Source: a virus
Taxonomy: Duplodnaviria > Caudoviricetes
Direction: 5' to 3' (one strand)
IMG/VR virus record: IMGVR_UViG_3300006793_000007
Span: 1 to 36,852 of that record
DNA: 36,852 nt
Made by a program: the position numbers and the translations under genes. This document shows positions 32,834 through 36,852 of this stretch, piece after piece. Numbering within the stretch: position 1 is the stretch's first letter; every line of letters begins with the position of its first letter. The notes beneath the pieces were generated by a model. The model was given only the letters and a program-made list of their open reading frames with translations, was not told the origin of the DNA and searched no databases.

Positions 32834-34048
32834 TTAGGCTCCTATCTTAACAAACTTACCGTTTACTAGCTTGTATCTAGTCCCGTTAGGTCCGTCCGGT
32901 GCGTAGAACACCATACCCGTCTCAGGGTCCTTGTGGTATCCTACAGCTTTGTACTCAGGACTGTCCCACTCAATAGCGTCAGCAGGGGCAACACCAGAGG
33001 CCAGCTTCTGTACATTCAGCAGGTGCTTCTTAATAGCCGCTAGTGCTTTGTCCTGCGCTTCCCCTGACATACCCGTGTAGATAGCGTCAATGGTAGACTG
33101 TAGGGACATAAATTCAATGTTAGAGATTTGTCCTAGTCCTGTACCAGAGGCTCCTGATTCAGCGGCTAGGCGCTTCATCTCGTTGATCTGGTCAAAGCCT
33201 AGTCTAGCCCTAATAGACAAAAGTTCTTTGTCTCTGTCGTATGCAGGAGTACCGGGAACCATTGAAGACACCCCGCCTATAAAACCTGTCTCTGTAAAGC
33301 CAGGGTCCATCAACTCGTCAACGTCTTGGATGAAGCTGGTGGTTTGCGCGATTAGGTTTAAAGCTGCATCACGGTCACCTTCACCTTTTCCGGGTGAGTC
33401 CAACGTGCTAATTACTGACCCATCATTAGCGTCTAATATAACCACTGAACCATCTTCACGCTCTACTGTTTTTATTCCTTTGTCAGTCGGCTTCTCAGGC
33501 TTAAACCCACGTTCAGCAATAATCGCTCCTGTCTCTGGGTCTACTAAAGCAGCGCCAGCAGATAAGGTAACTGGGTCTTTTTTACCACTAGAGCCTGCCT
33601 TATAAGCCTCCGTAATCTGCGCTTGTGTTCCACCTTGGGCTAAAACAGAACGTGCGGCGTCCTGTAAATCTGCCAGAGGCACACCGCGAGAAGCACCTTG
33701 GGTAATAGCCATAAGACCGCCCTGTACGCCTCTCTGCTGTCCTACAGCTACCTTCTGAGTAGCCATGTTAGCCGCATCAAAGAACACCTTAGCCATGTCG
33801 TTGTTGCCTTGTATGGCAAACTTACGCGATGCTTCCATGAGGGCCGTAGGGTTATCCTTGTAGGCTTCTAGAAGTTTCTGTGCTTCTCCCTGCATACGCG
33901 TGGCTTCTCTCTCCATACGCCTGCGGCTAATCCCTTGACCAGCGGTTGTTAGCATACCACTAGCAGCACCACCAAGACCGGACATACCACTGCCCAACGT
34001 GCCACCAATGTTTGCACCTGTTTGGGCTAAAATTGAACCTATACTCAT
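32834..34048 (-). CDS. Internal virion / DNA-ejection protein (P22 gp20-like position)
   Basis: Gly-rich N-terminus; GLGQISN.E...LQS motif. Confidence 0.62.
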   Translation of the reverse strand: MSIGSILAQTGANIGGTLGSGMSGLGGAASGMLTTAGQGISRRRMEREATRMQGEAQKLLEAYKDNPTALMEASRKFAIQGNNDMAKVFFDAANMATQKVAVGQQRGVQGGLMAITQGASRGVPLADLQDAARSVLAQGGTQAQITEAYKAGSSGKKDPVTLSAGAALVDPETGAIIAERGFKPEKPTDKGIKTVEREDGSVVILDANDGSVISTLDSPGKGEGDRDAALNLIAQTTSFIQDVDELMDPGFTETGFIGGVSSMVPGTPAYDRDKELLSIRARLGFDQINEMKRLAAESGASGTGLGQISNIEFMSLQSTIDAIYTGMSGEAQDKALAAIKKHLLNVQKLASGVAPADAIEWDSPEYKAVGYHKDPETGMVFYAPDGPNGTRYKLVNGKFVKIGA

Positions 34049-34060
34049 TGTATTCTCTCC

Positions 34061-34870
34061 CTACCTAAATAGCCCAAAGAAATCAGTGCCGTCTAAAATA
34101 CCCATCAAACCTTCACCGATACCTCCAGCAAGATTCATGGCCCCACCAAACATTCCGCTGTAGAGGCTTGACAAGCCAGCGCCCTGACCAGCCATAGCAT
34201 CAAGCATAGCCAGCTGTGCCTGAAGCGAGTTTTGACCGCCTTGGCGTCTAGCCACATCAGCCATAGAAGCAACATTCAGCGCGGGACTCATGGCAGACAA
34301 CATTGCCTGCTGTGGTGCGTAACTCTGTTGCATAAACTGCTGACCTAGCGCTGCCTGCTGTGCCTGCTCTCTCTGAGACTGCTGCATAGCCATAAGCATT
34401 GCGTTAGAACGGGCCTCTTCTTGTGCTTTTGCAAGCGTCAGAGCTTCAGGAGTTCCACCAAACTGGTTGGTTTGTACGCCTAAGCGTCCCTGTGCCGCCA
34501 AACGGCTCTCTAGGTCCATCCTCTCACGTTCCTGAGACGGAGACATAGTAGCCAACATGCGATCAAACACGGCCTGCTCACGCATCGCCGGGTCCATTTG
34601 AGCCTGTTCAAAGAAACTAGAGGCTCCACCAGAAAGCGTGTTCTGAAGCGCCTGCTGTTCTGGAGATAAGTTGTAAGTAACGTCTCCTGTTGGGCCAGTG
34701 CCTATCGTTCCACCAAAGGCGTCAGTTACCGTAAACGGCTTAAATGAGACGTCCGGTACGTTTATATCGGGAAAATACCCCGGTTGAAAAGGCGCAAGAA
34801 CTTCTGGCGGCAACTGTCCGTAGAAGCTCCCTGCTAGATCGCCAATTAAGTCAGTCAGAAATCCAAACAT
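34061..34870 (-). CDS. Internal virion / pilot protein (P22 gp7 / T7 gp14-like position)
   Basis: Gln/Ala-rich helices; Gly-rich hydrophobic termini. Confidence 0.6.
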   Translation of the reverse strand: MFGFLTDLIGDLAGSFYGQLPPEVLAPFQPGYFPDINVPDVSFKPFTVTDAFGGTIGTGPTGDVTYNLSPEQQALQNTLSGGASSFFEQAQMDPAMREQAVFDRMLATMSPSQERERMDLESRLAAQGRLGVQTNQFGGTPEALTLAKAQEEARSNAMLMAMQQSQREQAQQAALGQQFMQQSYAPQQAMLSAMSPALNVASMADVARRQGGQNSLQAQLAMLDAMAGQGAGLSSLYSGMFGGAMNLAGGIGEGLMGILDGTDFFGLFR

Positions 34871-35380
34871 TTATCTATACCTCGCAAAGCCTTGTGATAG
34901 CATCCCATAAGGATTATAAGACGTTTGAGTAGGTTGTACAGGACTACCTGATGGTCTAGAACCAAAGGGATTAAAACCACCAGAAAAGTTATTAAACATT
35001 CCACTTACTTGTGGTTGTCCAAACCCACCGAAGAAAGGATTAAAACCGCCGCCACCAAAAAGCGCAGCAAAAGGATTAAATCCACCAAAACCTCCACCAA
35101 AGCCGCCACCCGCAAAGAAGGGGCTACCTTGTCCAAAAAATCCACCACCGTAAGGACTTTGCTGTTGTGTCATAGGATCATTGGCATTTTGCGGTCCAGA
35201 GGGTTGAGGCATAGACTGCCCTACTAAATCGGCGTTTACGCCGGGAACCGGAGTAGGTAACGGAGTAAAAGGCCTCGGAGTCTGATAAATCGGGTCTTGG
35301 TTAGGGCTTCTAAAATAAGGAAGGCCCGCAAGTGGTCCCTTATTTTGTAGCTCAGGGGGCATAAAATTCATATTAATCAT
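34871..35380 (-). CDS. Low-complexity Pro/Gln- and FG-rich protein
   Basis: ATGA overlap with the nozzle stop; abuts the next gene; GGFNPF x3. Confidence 0.7.
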   Translation of the reverse strand: MINMNFMPPELQNKGPLAGLPYFRSPNQDPIYQTPRPFTPLPTPVPGVNADLVGQSMPQPSGPQNANDPMTQQQSPYGGGFFGQGSPFFAGGGFGGGFGGFNPFAALFGGGGFNPFFGGFGQPQVSGMFNNFSGGFNPFGSRPSGSPVQPTQTSYNPYGMLSQGFARYR

Positions 35381-36852
35381 AACGTTCGTCCTATCAGTGC
35401 TAATACATTAATTTCTTGAATTGAAAACTCGTAACCGTTGATGTCAGCTTCTACACCTACCGTAACTAGAGAACCAAAACCAGATCCATTAATTTTAGGT
35501 CTGGAGATTACTGAGGTTCCAGATGTAAATTCAGCAACGGTGTATTCTGACGCTGCCTCATTATAGTAATACGGTATTTGATTGGATACCTTAAACTCTC
35601 TTGCGTTATAAAACTGTTCAAAGTCGTAAGCCCACTTAAGAAACACCGTGGTATTAGGACCGCCAATTAAAGTTGGATTAATTTTCTTTAGTATCTTTCC
35701 TTTACTGGCATCGCCAAACGTTAACGCGGGACTATAATACTTAAATACATATTTATTTCCGTTGTCCTGATATCCTGAGTACTCTCCTATTCCTTCTGAG
35801 TTGCCTATCAAGAGAGTGCCATCTGTTTTTCTTTCGTAAGCCTTAAACAGCGAGGAGTCCCATACGGTTGTTCTGTATGCGTTGTTTTCAAGCCTTCCCT
35901 TCAGGTCAAAACAAAACGTCTTGTTCTGGTCGGGGAACGTAATTAAGTAAAAGGCGTGTTCTGGACTATACACAGACGAAGTAGGCCCTGTGCGTAATTC
36001 TAGAGATTCAATTATGTCGTTCTTTACGTTAGCACTTAAGTCTGATATAGGTAACGACTTTTCTGTTATTGTTCGGCCCAGACTACGCAGACCATCGTCA
36101 GACATAAATAAAACGTCTGTTCCTATGTGTTGTATTGAGTTTCTACAAATGCACCCAACTCCAGCGACTGTATCAGCCAAAGACATGGTAGCAGGGATAG
36201 CAGCATTAGCATACACAATAATGCTATGCTCACCAAATATAACTAACATTCCGTTGTGTGCCGCAAGTCCTTTAATCTCATCGTAGCCATCAGGCCACAC
36301 TTTAGAAACATTAATAGACCCGCTTGTACCTCCAGTAAAATCGTTGCCCACAAGCAAATCAGAGAAGTAAACTACCTGACTGTTGCTGTCGCTATCGGCA
36401 ATCCAGAGCCGCCCGTAAGCAGCTACGGCCTCGTGACACTTAAGAGTAGCGTCTGTAGCAGAGTCTGAGTTAACTGCCTGAAAAGTCTTAAGAGTAGGAC
36501 TTCCAGCGTTGTAGTCGTAAACCAGAGGGTCGTAACCACGCTGGAAAAAGTAGGCTTTGTCGTTAAAGTTTACAATCTTCCAGTTATCGTCTGAAATTGA
36601 GTATGCAGCTTGACTAGCGCCTACAGTTACAGACACTTCAGTAAGCGTTGTCGTTCCTGACATAATCTTGTTGTTGCCTGTGCTTAACACAGTCTCGCTA
36701 ACAGAACCAGCGTCACTATAGTAAAAATGTATTTTGTTGATGTGGTCTACACCAAGCGCTGTTTTGTTTGTTGTCGTTACGCTGACACCTTTACGCGCAG
36801 CAATACGACCACGCTTGTCAATCACAGCGTTTTCAGCTATGTCAGCAAACGA
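35377..36852 (-). CDS. Tail nozzle / tail tubular protein B-like (3' part; true start at 210 across the junction)
   Basis: Beta-propeller-like pattern (GRLW, VYFSD, G.GC....SI, DV.F.SD.GLRSL); follows the adaptor gene. Confidence 0.8.
   Translation of the reverse strand, partial: SFADIAENAVIDKRGRIAARKGVSVTTTNKTALGVDHINKIHFYYSDAGSVSETVLSTGNNKIMSGTTTLTEVSVTVGASQAAYSISDDNWKIVNFNDKAYFFQRGYDPLVYDYNAGSPTLKTFQAVNSDSATDATLKCHEAVAAYGRLWIADSDSNSQVVYFSDLLVGNDFTGGTSGSINVSKVWPDGYDEIKGLAAHNGMLVIFGEHSIIVYANAAIPATMSLADTVAGVGCICRNSIQHIGTDVLFMSDDGLRSLGRTITEKSLPISDLSANVKNDIIESLELRTGPTSSVYSPEHAFYLITFPDQNKTFCFDLKGRLENNAYRTTVWDSSLFKAYERKTDGTLLIGNSEGIGEYSGYQDNGNKYVFKYYSPALTFGDASKGKILKKINPTLIGGPNTTVFLKWAYDFEQFYNAREFKVSNQIPYYYNEAASEYTVAEFTSGTSVISRPKINGSGFGSLVTVGVEADINGYEFSIQEINVLALIGRTL
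36730..36852. repeat. Copy of bases 1-123
   Basis: Exact match by inspection. Confidence 0.95.

Noticed and set aside
1040-36468. Numerous antisense or out-of-frame ORFs (e.g. 10178..10702, 22717..23142, 27067..27522, 33090..33605)
   Set aside because: They overlap well-supported genes, mostly oppose arm polarity and show no recognisable motifs
36730-36852. 123-bp end repeat as a biological direct terminal repeat
   Set aside because: It lies mid-gene and looks like an assembler overlap; real ends are more likely near 17.3-17.5 kb

Overview
The window is an apparently complete, circularly assembled genome of a lytic podovirus. It has about 36,729 unique bp, because bases 1-123 repeat at 36730-36852. 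There are two divergent arms and no phage RNA polymerase, an architecture like SIO1/cobavirus (Zobellviridae-type) phages of marine proteobacteria; that placement is inferred from gene content, not a database hit. The + arm (17822-29351) holds small early genes, a Gp88-like Fe-S protein, a DenV-like glycosylase, SSB, T7-type primase-helicase, family A DNA polymerase, three PD-(D/E)xK nucleases, DUF3310 and a class II (B12-dependent) ribonucleotide reductase. The - arm runs from 17147 to 1 and wraps through 36852 to 29346. It holds TerS, M15 endolysin, a lipoprotein, TerL, portal, four very basic small proteins, scaffold, capsid, tail fibres, holins, adaptor, nozzle and ejection proteins. No integrase, tRNA or CRISPR array was seen. 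The most notable signals are in regulatory DNA/RNA and small ORFs: (1) one RBS-sequestering hairpin motif repeated in front of two head genes; (2) two late sigma70 promoters sharing a palindromic spacer; (3) a pseudoknot- or switch-like leader before terS; (4) a perfect sigma54 site in the control region; (5) an FG/GGFNPF low-complexity protein among the ejection genes; (6) an 11-mer-repeat lipoprotein; (7) a fully overprinted gene; (8) several unannotated micro-ORFs. All product calls come from motif recognition and synteny only.
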